Assembly (NCBI GenBank): GCA_002269645.1
Contig: NIVC01001286.1
Location: 1-64,000, forward strand
Reading direction: 5' to 3'
DNA from: Macrostomum lignano
Lineage: Eukaryota
DNA length: 64,000 nucleotides
Shown here: piece by piece, positions 13,070 to 25,080 of the stretch
How the letters are laid out: each line of letters starts with the position of its first letter
Position numbering within the stretch: position 1 is the stretch's first letter
Translations under genes and position numbers: made by a program
The notes under the pieces: model-generated
What the model was told of the DNA's origin: nothing
Database searches by the model: none
Seen by the model: the letters and a program-made list of their open reading frames with translations, nothing else

Positions 13070-14150
13070 CCTCTAATCCAGCCTCTAATTGAGCCTCGAA
13101 TCCAGTCTCTAATTGAGCCTCGAATCCAGTCTCTAATCCAGCCTCTAATTCAGTCTCTAATACAGCCTCTAATCCAGCCTCTAATTGAGCCTCGAATCCA
13201 GTCTCTAATCCAGCCTCGAATCCAGTCTCTAATCCAGCCTCTAATTCAGTCTCTAATACAGCCTCTAATCCAGCCTCTAATTGAGCCTCGAATCCAGTCT
13301 CTAATTGAGCCTCGAATCCAGTCTCTAATCCAGCCTCTAATTCAGTCTCTAATACAGCCTCTAATCCAGCCTCTAATTGAGCCTCGAATCCAGTCTCTAA
13401 TCCAGCCTCGAATTCAGTCTCTAATCCAGCCTCTAATTCAGTCTCTAATACAGCCTCTAATCCAGCCTCTAATTGAGCCTCAAATCCAGTCTCTAATTGA
13501 GCCTCGAATCCAGTCTCTAATCCAGCCTCTAATTCAGTCTCTAATACAGCCTCTAATCCAGCCTCTAATTGAGCCTCGAATCCAGTCTCTAATTGAGCCT
13601 CGAATCCAGTCTCTAATCCAGCCTCTAATTCAGTCTCTAATCCAGCCTCTAATCCAGCCTCGAATTTAGCCTCTAAATTAAACATCAAATCCAGGCTCAA
13701 ATAAAGCCTCTAATCCAGCCTCGAATTTAGCCTCTAAATTAAACATCAAATCCAGGCTCAAATAAAGCCTCTAATCCAGCCTCGAATTTAGCCTCTAAAT
13801 TAAACGTCAAATCCAGGCTCAAATAAAGCCTCTAATCCAGCCTCGAATTTAGCCTCTAAATTAAACGTCAAATCCAGGCTCAAATAAAGCCTCTAATCCA
13901 GCCTCGAATTTAGCCTCTAAATTAAACGTCAAATCCAGGCTCAAAAAAAGCCTCTAATCCAGCCTCGAATTTAGCCTCTAAATTAAACGTCAAATCCAGG
14001 CTCAAATAAAGCCTCTAATCCAGCCTCGAATTTAGCCTCTAAATTAAACGTCAAATCCAGGCTCAAAAAAAGCCTCTAATCCAGCCTCGAATCTAGCCTC
14101 TATCTCAGACTCTAAGTTGAACCTCTACTCTAGCCTCAAATCCAGCATCA
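13070..14150 (-). repeat. Right subterminal array of the TIR element (12-bp AGCCTC modules, then about 61-bp units)
   Basis: Inverted relative to the left array. Confidence 0.93.
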
Positions 14151-14349
14151 AATACAATCTCTTTTGAGGTTAAAGATTATTTTTGAGGCTAGCATCTAAC
14201 CAGCCTCAAAAAATCCACTTTGAGGTTCATTCGAGGCTGCGTTTGAGGCTAGGGTAAAAATTAGAGGCTGCCCTTTTCCCATCGGGTTAGACACCAGTAG
14301 CCAGTTAGACACGCGAGGTTACAAAGACTCCGATGAGACTGCAGACAAA

Positions 14350-17300
14350 TCACTCTACGCAAGCTTCCTCTAACCGGAGCCGCTTCTCGTCTTGAACGGC
14401 ATCGCCGTCACCAGTCGAAGCCAGCTGCTTCAATTGCCGCTTGCTGTCCGCTCGTTCGCGCATCTCCTCGAAGCTGGCCTGCAGCTGACGCTTGAGCAGC
14501 GGTCGGTGCTGCCTACAGCGCAGCTCGGGCAGCAGCCCGGTACTCAGATGAGACCAATTCAACGTTGGCGGAGTCAACGGCAGATGATCGACAGCTAGAC
14601 GAGCAAGGCAGGATCGGACAGTCAGCTCAGTCCAGTGACGCTGCAAGGTGACCCTGAGATGCTCGCGGGCGTCCGCTGAGCAACGCCAATCGAGATGATC
14701 GAATTCGGCTTTAGATAAGATTAATGGGAGACCATCGGCCAACACATATTCTGGCTTCCTGTGAAGGTTGGTGTAAAAAAAATTGAGTCACAAGTGCATC
14801 ACGTGAGTTGTAGAATCGTAAGAAGTGGTCCAAGAGTCGTTGTTTAAGTTAGCCTAGTAGTTAGAGTGTCGGACTCACGACTTCAAGGTCGGGGGTTCGA
14901 TTCCTGATCCTGCACTCGGAACAATTTGTGTCCTTGAGCAAGACACTTACTCGTAACTCTGCATTGCTTTAGCTCGCCCAGCTGTAAAATGGGTGCCAGC
15001 ATTAGCTGGGGTAATTGAGGGTGCGTGTGGTGACCCCCCCCCCAGTCCTTGGACTGAACAGCCGTACGCAGCCTTCAGATGCGCCGCGCAATTGCGGCTG
15101 AGCTGTCGGTTGCACATCTGCCTATTAGGCATTCGTTGATTTTTATTCATAAAGTGACGGATTCTACAGCGACTCTTTCACGTCTCATATACCGTCTACC
15201 TGTAAGAGTCACGTCTTTCCTATTCTATCTGTGTGATCTGCAACGACTTTTGAACGCCTCTTGGCGTTCGTAACGTTTTCATTAAAAGACGTCGACCAGT
15301 ATAAAACTCACCTAGGAGTAGCATTCACATCCAGCAGTTTATCAACAATACTTGGCTCTTCAAGCCCTTGACCAACCAGAGCCAGCACAGAGAACATATT
15401 CCTAATCTGATGATAAAGAAAGGCCGTAGCTCGAACTCGGAACGCGAACATCTGATTATGATCTGATGCTTGACTGCAGTAATCAACAGGTTCAATATCG
15501 CACTCCATTACAGTTCGACAATAATTAGCCTGATCTGGGGAGAATTTTGAAAAATTCCTGAAATCGTGCTCCCCAACAAAGCGTTTACAGGCGTCTCGCA
15601 TAGCTTCTATATTGAACGTTGACCGAGGAAAATGGTACAGGTATTCCCGGCCTTTACAGGCGAATCTGGCACTGAAATCTGGCGTCACAGGTGCCCAAGC
15701 CAGCACTCGCAGCTCGCGCGGCAGCACTCTATTAAGCGGACCAACAGGATCCAGTTCGTTAGCCTCCGTGTCCTCACTAGACGGAGGCGTTCGCCTCTTG
15801 CCAATGTCCGGTCCAGTGTCCGGTATGCAACCGGTGTTGCAGTCGGACAGTAGGCTGCGAATATTTAACGATACAACATTAGCCAGGGCTGAGACGCCTT
15901 TGTCAGTTCGAGCGCAAGACACTAGATTGCAAGTGTCTATCGATTCGATTAATTGTACGCGTTTTAAACCGTCGCACAAGCGGCCGAGTACCGTGTTGTC
16001 TGTGTTGTCCTGGTCAGGGGGGTAGTGATTAGTCATTTATTTGTGTGTCTACGACTCTACGTAAACATTTTCAACCTTGATCGTCTAAATATACTCTTAA
16101 CTGTGTTTATAAATTGTTTGTGCCCTCCTTGGACACCCGGTGTCTGATTGTGCCCTCCAGCGACACCTACTGTTGTGCCCTCCAGCGACACTTAGTGTCT
16201 GATTGTGCCCTCCTTGGACACCAAGTGTCTGATTGTGCCCTCCTTGGACACCCAGTGTCTGATTGTGCCCTCCAGCGACACCTAGTGTTGTGCCCTCCAG
16301 CGACACTTAGTGTCTGATTGTGCCCTCCTTGGACACCCAGTGTCTGATTGTGCCCTCCTTGGACACCCAGTGTCTGATTGTGCCCTCCAGCGACACCTAG
16401 TGTTGTGCCCTCCAGCGACACTTAGTGTCTGATTGTGCCCTCCTTGGACACCTAGTGTCTGATTGTGCCCTCCTTGGACACCCAGTGTCTGATTGTGCCC
16501 TCCTTAGACACCTAGTGTCTGATTGTGCCCTCCTTAGACACCTAGTGTCTGATTGTGCCCTCCTTGAACACCCAGTGTCTGATTGTGCCCTCCTTGGACA
16601 CCTAGTGTCTGATTGTGCCCTCCTTAGACACCTAGTGTCTGATTGTGCCCTCCTTAGACACCTAGTGTCTGATTGTGCCCTCCTTGAACACCCAGTGTCT
16701 GATTGTGCCCTCCTTGGACACTTGGTGTCTGATTGTGCCCTCCTTAGACACCTAGTGTCTGATTGTTCCCTCCAGCGACACCCAGTGTCTGATTGTGCCC
16801 TCCTTGGACACCTAGTGTCTAATTGTGCCCAGTGTCTGATTGTTCCCTCCAGCGACACCCAGTGTCTGATTGTTCCCTCCAGCGACACCCAGTGTCTGAT
16901 TGTTCCCTCCAGCGACACCCAGTGTCTGATTGTTCCCTCCAGCGACACCCAGTGTCTGATTGTGCCCTCCTTGGACACCTAGTGTCTAATTGTGCCCAGT
17001 GTCTGATTGTTCCCTCCAGCGACACCCAGTGTCTGATTGTTCCCTCCAGCGACACCCAGTGTCTGATTGTTCCCTCCAGCGACACCCAGTGTCTGATTGT
17101 TCCCTCCAGCGACACCCAGTGTCTGATTGTTCCCTCCAGCGACACTCAGTGTCTGATTGTTCCCTCCAGCGACACCCAGTGTCTGATTTTTCCCTCCAGC
17201 GACACCCAGTGTCTGATTGTGCCCTCCTTGGACACCTAGTGTCTGATTGTTCCCTCCAGCGACACCCAGTGTCTGATTGTGCCCTCCTTGGACACCCAGT

Positions 17301-18510
17301 GTCTGATTGTTCCCTCCAGCGACACCCAGTGTCTGATTGTGCCCTCCTTGGACACCCAGTGTCTGATTGTTCCCTCCAGCGACACCCAGTGTCTGATTGT
17401 GCCCTCCTTGGACACCTAGTGTCTAATTGTGCCCAGTGTCTGATTGTACCCTCCAGCGACACCCAGTGTCTGATTGTTCCCTCCAGCGACACCCAGTGTC
17501 TGATTGTTCCCTCCAGCGACACCCAGTGTCTGATTGTTCCCTCCAGCGACACTCAGTGTCTGATTGTTCCCTCCAGCGACACCCAGTGTCTGATTGTTCC
17601 CTCCAGCGACACCCAGTGTCTGATTGTTCCCTCCAGCGACACCCAGTGTCTGATTGTTCCCTCCAGCGACACCCAGTGTCTGATTGTGCCCTCCTTGGAC
17701 ACCTAGTGTCTAATTGTGCCCTCCTTGGACACCTAGTGTCTGATTGTGCCCTCCAGGGACACCCAGTGTCTGATTGTGCCCTCCATGGACACCCGGTGTC
17801 TGATTGTGCCCTCCTTGGACACCCGGTGTCTGATTGTGCCCTCCATGGACACCCGGTGTCTGATTGTGCCCTCCTTGGACACCCGGTGTCTGATTGTGCC
17901 CTCCTTGGACACCTAGTGTCTGATTGTGCCCTCCTTGGACACCTAGTGTCTGATTGTGCCCTCCTTGGACACCCAGTGTTGTGCCCTCCAGCGACACCCA
18001 GTGTCTGATTGTACCCTCCAGGGACACCCAGCGTCTGATTGTAAGCTTCATGGACACCTAGTCTAATTGTACCTTCCATGGACACCCAGTATGATACCTT
18101 CCATGGAGACCCAGCGTGGGTGTGCCCTTCTGAGAAACCCTGTGTCTATATTACACCCGGACAGTGTTAAAAACCCCTACCTGCAAAGCGGAGCCATCAA
18201 AGGCCCAGCCCATATAGGCAATCCGAAGTGCCACTCGGCGCTGTTTAAACTGATTAAAATCTACTCGACCTTCACGCTGTCTGCGCCTTCCTTTGCCTGG
18301 CTGTGGCAGCATCAGCTGCAGTTTCTCTTCCCCAGCTTCGCTAACATCAACAACACCAGCAGGTGACACCAATGGCCGAAGCTGAACCACCTGAGCTTCG
18401 AGTTGCTGAACCCGATTAATTAGCTCTTCCCTAGTTAGGGTTGCTAAATATGTGGCACTAGGGCCGCCTTTCAAAGACATTGCCCGACAGGCTTGAAGCA
18501 GTGGACGCAT
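14350..18510 (-). CDS. PUS3: tRNA pseudouridine(38/39) synthase, TruA family; exons 18510-18181, 16009-15312, 14758-14350 (about 478 aa)
   Basis: RRVALRIAYMGWAFDGSALQ|DNTDNTV, catalytic CARTDKGVSA, FSARFAC..REYLYHF, GEHDFRNF, AFLYHQIR, KPEYVLADGLPLIL; GT-AG junctions; exon sum 1437 nt is in frame. Confidence 0.92.
14848..15130 (+). mobile_element. tRNA-derived CORE-type (MIR-like) SINE in PUS3 intron 2
   Basis: A box TAGCCTAGTAGTTAG, B box GGTTCGATTCC, core TGTGTCCTTGAGCAAGACACTT...CAGCTGTAAAATGGG; two more copies in the window. Confidence 0.85.
16110..18110. repeat. 30-bp minisatellite (GTGTCTGATTGTGCCCTCCTTGGACACCCA and GTGTCTGATTGTTCCCTCCAGCGACACCCA variants) filling PUS3 intron 1
   Basis: About 65 tandem units of two main variants. 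Confidence 0.96.
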
Positions 18511-18849
18511 GCAAAAATTAGTAATAGGCTTAAGTTTGAGGTCAATACTAGTGAAACATCCAAACTTCCTAGGGTTTTTTTCACAAACAGTTAATAAATA
18601 TGGCTTTTTTATACATGCAATCTAGTGCCCCCTTCAGGGCGCCCAATAAGCAAGGAGCAAAATTTATTCATGCAAATCCATTAAAAAGAACATTTTCTTA
18701 AGAACCAATTCCTTCTTTAGTTTTATAATCGCCCTATTATCACGGAAAAGATGCTTGCTATGATATCTTGCTTCAAAAAGTAACAAAAGGATGCAACAAA
18801 ATAAAGCCCTCACAAAGATATTAATGACAGCCATTCCAACTAAATTGAA

Positions 18850-19050
18850 AGCATCCCCCAGATTGCAAGCATCTCCCCCAGATGGATGGCAAGCATCCCT
18901 AACTTATAAGTATCCCCCAGATAGTAAGCATCCCCCCAGAAAGCAAGCATCCACCCAGATAGCAAGCATCCCCCCAGAAAGCAAGCTTGCATCTTCCAGA
19001 TAGCAAGCATTCCCACATAGCAAGCAATGCCAAGCATCCCTCGATAGCAA
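18850..19050. repeat. Short degenerate tandem repeat (AGCATCCCCCCAGA-type units)
   Basis: About 10 degenerate copies visible. Confidence 0.75.
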
Positions 19051-19667
19051 GCAACTCCAGACAGTAATAACAAGAAATCAGTAATAATAATAATAATAAA
19101 AACAATAATGACAATGTTAATAGTATGAAATCAAATTCAGGGTCATCAAAGTAAATTCAGACAATTATTTCAACTTTTTATCTTATTAATACATTTATCA
19201 ATTTGAATAGAACTTGGTATATTTAGCTAATGAATTAATTGTTAAACAGTCAAATTGCTTTCAGCTAATTTATTTACAACATGCACAAGGAGCTTGTCAA
19301 ACACCATGAAGTTATTGACTTGTAGATACATACTAGATACCTCCCAATGAGTTTTAGGTCTGCAGTGCCTTTTTTCCAAAGTGCATCATAGGTCTAGTCC
19401 CTAGGGTCAGGTCAGGGAATTAAACAACAGATTTTCAATATCATATGCACCTTGTATAAATATGGTGGTAAAGGTTAAAGTTAAGTTAAATATAGTCTTG
19501 GCAATTTTTCTTGCATATATTAAATTTTATATAATGTATATACAAATGAGACCTATTTAGGCTATTTAGAAGTGATAAGTTAAACTAGGTTAGGCCTATT
19601 ATCACTCTGATCATGCATGTGCAACACCTTGATTTACACTGGATATGCATGCTTGGGGCCTTGGGCA

Positions 19668-19823
19668 CAACCTTGGGATTTACTCAACCATTTCTATTGG
19701 CAACAGATACATGTAAGTCACTATTGGATGGAATAATAGGCCTAATCACGTGACTGCTCTCAGCCAATAGCAACTTATATGTATTTGTTGCCAATAGAAA
19801 TGGCTAGGTGATTCCCAAGGTTG
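19668..19823. other. About 155-bp imperfect palindrome (MITE-like hairpin) containing CCAAT motifs and a CACGTG
   Basis: Arms CAACCTTGGGA...CCATTTCTATTGGCAACA.ATACAT and ATGTATTTGTTGCCAATAGAAATGG...TCCCAAGGTTG. Confidence 0.75.
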
Positions 19824-21470
19824 CACATACATGTAGATATGTGACTTACCTTTTGACAAAAAACATTACTTATTTGAAACCCAAAAGTTAAAATTAACAA
19901 TTTTGGATAAACAACAGAAATAATTATGGTAATATTATATTATTAATCCTAAATGCCTTATCATCTAATTAGTAGTCTACCTCTATATTTTTGGGTAGGC
20001 ATTCTTGCAATTTACCTTGGCTAGCTGGTTTGTCTTAGTATAATTGGTCCTTAGACTTGGATATACTATTAGATAAGATCTAGATAATTTTTATCCATTT
20101 TGCTCTTCAAAACAAAGGCAAGTTGGCTTGCTGCTTAAGATACTATTTGGGTATTTTGGCTAAACTTGGATAGTTGTTCATAGAGGAGTTGGGTATTTTC
20201 CTCTGCTAGAGGTTAGCAAGATAGGTGGCAATGCCTATTTTCTATTTTCCAAACACTTGGAGTCCCCTATAGCTAAGTCAGGTGGGTACTTTCCTCAGGG
20301 TAACAGAGTTGCACCCACCACAAGAATGCCAAGATTTAATGATAGGCCTAGCTAATTAGGCTAGTATCTAAGATGATTGGCAATAATAATATTGATAAAC
20401 CCTCTGGTTAGACTAGGCCTAGTTAAGAGCTACTAATAGCCCTAGTAGACTAACTAGCTTTTTTGAAAATATTGTATAATATAATTTTAAAGTTAAGCTC
20501 TGAAGTTTAGTTGGCTATCTTTCAATATTCAATGGCAGATCTAGGACTTTTAAAGTAAATAGATAGATTGACCTAAAATAAGTCCCAAATAAGCCCAAAA
20601 TTAAAATACTCTAGTTTTTTTTGTAATTCTAGCTATAATAAAAATCCATAACCCTAACTTATAATAAAAGTTTTTTAAATAATAAATGCCATGGTAGCAT
20701 GGTAGGCCTATCCTAACTTTAATTTGGCTAGATTAGGATCCCAATACCAAATTGATACTATTTTTATATAGGCCTATTGATGCCAGCTTATCAAAACCTA
20801 GGGGCCTAAAACAAAATAAATTATTTGATTGATAGTTGATCTAAAACAGAATAGGCCTTAAGCTTCAATATAACAGCAATATAATACATAAAAAAATTTG
20901 GGACTTGGGTCAAATCAAAGGCCTATAAAGTCAAACTGTCATTGTCAAAGCAATATATATATATAGAGAATAAGATGAAAGATAAGAGTCTAGGCCCCTA
21001 TAAGAATTTTTTATATTCAACTCCTGGACCTAGTTTTAATTTTGGTATTATAAATAGTTTTTTACCTAAGATAGCAAACGGCACCAAGGATAAAACCATC
21101 TATAATTTGCTATTTGTCAGGCCCTAGGCCTTAATATAAAGTTCCAAAATCACAAAGTGTAACTAGCTATGTGATTTTACAACATAGAATCCTAATCTTT
21201 TGAACGAAAAGCTTTATAAATATCGATAGAGCAATAAAAAAGGCACAAAATATCAAAAGATGAACACTGGATCTGCCTCCTACCCTCAAAAGCAAAGCAA
21301 TAACAATTTTTGTGCTGAAAAATGAAGACTTCCTTATCTCCGTAGTATATTTTTGGGAAACGCCTGCCTTAAATTTTTTCCAAGAAACGAAGTTTCCTGT
21401 CCTTCTACTTAAGTCGTCCCCTTGATCCAATCAGTGTAATGCGAACTACATGTACATTGAAGATGCGCAA

Positions 21471-21659
21471 CAGTAGCGCAACCAGAAATTTTTCAAGGGG
21501 GGGGGGCGGATTCTGAGGGTAAAGTCCCGGGAGGGGGGGACGGCGGAGGGGTGGCTCTGTTTTTGGCGAAAATTCGCTTGGTCCCCCTTTGATTTTTTTT
21601 CGGTCCCCCGCCTAAGGGGGGCGCCCCCCCCCCCGCCCCCCCCCCTGGTTGCGCCACTG
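21471..21659. mobile_element. hAT-family MITE (189 bp)
   Basis: TIRs CAGTAGCGCAACCAG / CTGGTTGCGCCACTG; perfect 8-bp TSD ATGCGCAA on both sides. Confidence 0.92.
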
Positions 21660-22573
21660 ATGCGCAATAACTGAGGGAAATTGTGTCTGTGTGTGTGTGT
21701 AGCTTAAAAGCCCAACGCTCATCCGATGGCACCAATCTAAATCACTAAATAGTTCAAGAATGGAGCCAGTCGAAGGAAACAGCTAAAGACGCTCGTGGCT
21801 TTATTGGTATAAAGGCCTCCTGTATCGCAAGGAGATGCAGTGACCGCAACGGAGTGCGAGGCTACCAATGCACGCAGAAAACCTGCCCGGGCCGCACTAC
21901 TGTCCAACAGGATGAACAATTTCGTACCTCCGCGCACAACCACGAAGTGGAGCCTCGACAGAAGGAGATGCTGCAACTCAAATCGCGACTAAAGAGGCAG
22001 GCTGAGGTGAGCAGCGCCACTCTGGAGGTATTGGACGCAAAGTGCACAGCTGCTCCCTGACTGGGATCGGCTTTGCGGAAATCGAAGCACAATGTATCGA
22101 CAGTGTCGCAGAATCATTCCGCCGCTACCTGAGGACGCCAACGTCACTTGAGGCCCTTCTCGATGCTCCGGACCCTGACATGCTCCGCCGGCTTGCATTT
22201 GTGGCGACATAGTGCATGGATGGTACCTTCAAGACGGTGCCACGGCTAGCTGTCCTATCAGCTTCTCACAAAAGGGTTCGTCGAGCTTGACACTTTCTGG
22301 CCGGCTGTGTATGTTCTCATGAACCGCAAGACGAAGGACCTTGTATTCAGCGGCACTAGGGCACGTTGCATCTGCGCTTTGTCCTTCCGCCGCCGTGTGT
22401 ACTATTGTCACGGACTACGAACTGGCTCTTATCGCTTCTGCCGAAGCCACATTTCCGGATGCTGAAGTCCGAGGCTGCTCGTTTCACTTCTGCCAGGCTG
22501 TCGTCGGCAAGTTTAAGACATGCGATCTTCAGCAGTTCATCAGCTGCAGTGCTTCGGATCAGAGTAAGACAGT

Positions 22574-24089
22574 CAGGGGTGTCGGAACCGGGGGGTACGG
22601 GGGGGCTGGAGCCCCCCCCACTTTTTAAAATGATCCTGCAAGTGCCCTTTTTGAATTTTATAAAAGTGTTGGCCAGTTTTGGGCTTTGGCTTTTCTGAGT
22701 CTTGGGAGCTAAGGGTACAAGAGGGCACCGTTGCTATTCGCACCTAGAGATCATCAATGTACAACATGGAATCCACTTCAATAAAATACTGTGATATACC
22801 AAATTCAGACGTTTTTATTGTAAGAATAAAGAATGTACAGTGGCCAGTGGGTAGTAGGGGTTTCTCATAGCCTGTGCTCCCTTCCTCACGAGCCTTCCTT
22901 CCATCTTTCTCTGCCCCCATCACCGCTTGGTTGCATAGGTGCCGTCACCCTTAATCGGGTATGTGGGCATATAATAATTCATGTTGCTCTCAATCCCATT
23001 CCACTACAGTTTTTATCGAATGTGCCTAAGCCTAGTGCTTTTACGAGTAGTGCAGGGGTCAGCAAACTTTTACCTCAAGAGGCCAGAATGAGAACCCAGC
23101 TCATGACTGCCCTTTTGGGTCCGCTTCACTGGGCCCCTAAGCAAAGCGGGCCCAAGAGTCCTAATGACTGCGGGCCAGAGGAGGGAGAGAGCCCAGAGGT
23201 AAGAAATAGAGAAGAGAAATACGAGCATAGGAGAAAGGACAGGCGAAGGAATAAAGGAGAAGAGATCAGGAGTAGATGAGAGGAGAGATGAAATCGGAGA
23301 GGAGAGAGGAGAAGGAAAATGAATGAGGAGAGGAGAGAGGAGGGAAGGGAGAAGAGAATGGAGAGGAAAAGGGAGATGAGAGGAGAGGAAAGAGGTGAAG
23401 AGATGAGAGGAGAGGAGAGAGGAGAGGAGAGGAGAGGAGAGGAGAGAGGAGAGGAGAGGAGAGGACAAGAGAGAATATGAGAAGAGAGGTGAGAGCTGAC
23501 AGCTGAAAAGACACAAACATAGTGGGCTGGATTGCTATTGTGAAGATTCAAAGGACCCAAGGGCCCGATAGGTTTGTGGGCCACATGTGGCCGACCTGGT
23601 AGTTTGCCGACCCCTATTTTAGTATTTAGCTTTTTTACTTTGGCGTCACTGATCGAAATTCGGAGTATGCCGGAATCCAAAGACTCAAACCGCTGCTGGC
23701 GCTGCAACTATAGCTCGTAAAATCGCTAAAATGCCGTCAGATAAAACAATGGTAGAGACAGCGCCAAGATCAGGAACTGAAGGAGGCAGCCAAGAGATCC
23801 AGAAAATTACTGAATATTGCAATTTTCATTCATTTTAGATATTCACTAAATAAATTAATTGATAGTGCAGTGCAGTTGCGCAATGCTTGAATAAGTTGAA
23901 AATGCGAGCATTTTCAGACTTTTGGCTACTTTCAACACAATTGAATATTGCTCTGGTTGTAACAATTAATGTCACAAACTGACATAACAGCAGGAGTTAG
24001 GGTGTCCTAGATAAAAAAAAATTATGTGCAAATGTGCCCTCCCACCAATAGCCCCCCCCCCCACTTTGAAATATGTTCCGACACCGCTG
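22574..24089. mobile_element. Non-autonomous hAT element (1516 bp) inserted in the MULE transposase
   Basis: TIRs CAGGGGTGTCGGAAC / GTTCCGACACCGCTG; perfect 8-bp TSD AAGACAGT. Confidence 0.92.
23053..23616. mobile_element. Charlie-like hAT MITE with an internal (GAGAG)n tract, nested in the hAT element
   Basis: TIRs CAGGGGTCAGCAAAC / GTTTGCCGACCCCTA; TSD only partly conserved (GAGTAGTG vs TTTTAGTA). Confidence 0.7.
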
Positions 24090-24469
24090 AAGACAGTGGC
24101 TGCTGAAGCTTCTGGCCGTACCGTTGCTGCCCGGGGATGAGATCGCCAGTGCTGTCGACATAAATTCTGGATCGTTAATTGCCGGTCGGCCTGTCAGGAG
24201 AAGTGCACACCGCTCTGTCCCGCGTTCATAGCTCGTAACTACATCGGAACTTTCTGGTTGCAGCGCGTGGGAAGCAGTCGCCTCTCAGTACACGGACTCA
24301 CCAGGCGCACAAACTGCGATATAGAGTACTACCACAGGGGCCTGTCACGACTGATTAAGACCGGACATCCTAGTTTGTGGCTCTACCTAGACAGCATCAT
24401 GAAAGCGATTAAAACATTAACGTGTCACACGTTACCGAGAAGGTGGTGGACACCGTTCGCCCGGCCTCA

Positions 24470-25080
24470 GAGCAACCAGTGCCGGACCATCAGCTGCAGC
24501 CAGTGCCGGACCACCAGCTGCAGCCAGTGCCGGACTATCAGCTGCAACCAGTGCCGGACCATCAGCTGCAGCCAGTGCCGGACCACCAGCTGCAGCCAGT
24601 GCCGGACTATCAGCTGCAACCAGTGCCGGACCATCAGCTGCAGCCAGTGCCGGACCATCAGCTGCAGCCAGTGCCGGACTATCAGCTGCAACCAGTGCCG
24701 GACCATCAGCTGCAGCCAGTGCCGGACCATCAGCTGCAGCCAGTGCCGGACCATCAGCTGCAGCCAGTGCCGGACCATCAGCTGCAGCCAGTGCCGGACC
24801 ATCAGCTGCAGCCAGTGCCGGACCATCAGCTGCAGCCAGTGCCGGACCATCAGCTGCAGCCAGTGCCGGACTATCAGCAGCAGCCAGTGCCGGACCACCA
24901 GCTGCAGCCAGTGCCGGACCACCAGCTGCAGCCGGTGACAGACCATCAGCTGCAGCCAGTGCCGGACAATCAGCTGCAGCCATGCAGTGCCGGACAATCA
25001 GCTGCAGCCAGTGCCGGACTATCAGCTGCAGCCAGTGCCGGACCATCAGCTGCAGCCAGTACCGGACAATCAGCTGCGCG
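24470..25080. repeat. 24-bp minisatellite (CAGCCAGTGCCGGACCATCAGCTG)n
   Basis: About 25 copies directly after the MULE ORF remnant. Confidence 0.95.

Larger units (their letters stand above)
9863..14286. mobile_element. Non-autonomous TIR DNA transposon with CCC...GGG termini, TTA target-site duplication and inverted subterminal repeat arrays (CACTA/CMC-like; superfamily uncertain)
   Basis: Left end TTA|CCCGATGGAAAA (9863), right end TTTTCCCATCGGG|TTA (14286); GAGGCT modules on the left arm and AGCCTC modules on the right arm; no transposase recognised. Confidence 0.8.
21780..24440 (+). pseudogene. Degenerate Mutator-like (FLYWCH + MULE DDE) transposase, interrupted by a hAT element
   Basis: GLLYRKE...YQCTQKTCPGR...AHNH (FLYWCH-like), CMDGTFKTVP, IVTDYELALI..AEATFPDAEVRGCSFHFCQAV, FWL....LSVHGLTRRTNCDIEYYHRGL...GHPSLWLYL; frameshifts and stops. 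Confidence 0.88.

Noticed and set aside
12569-13700. ORFs 12569-13669 (+) and 12963-13700 (-)
   Set aside because: Antisense or alternative-frame shadows of the BEN ORF and the subterminal repeat array.
14848-14915. tRNA gene
   Set aside because: The tRNA-like head continues into a SINE core and tail and has no proper acceptor stem; called a SINE.
16097-18085. Many overlapping ORFs of 100-240 aa
   Set aside because: All derive from the 30-bp array inside PUS3 intron 1.
21167-21430. 87-aa ORF with a hydrophobic C-terminus
   Set aside because: Non-ATG start, AT-rich, no recognisable family or splice context.
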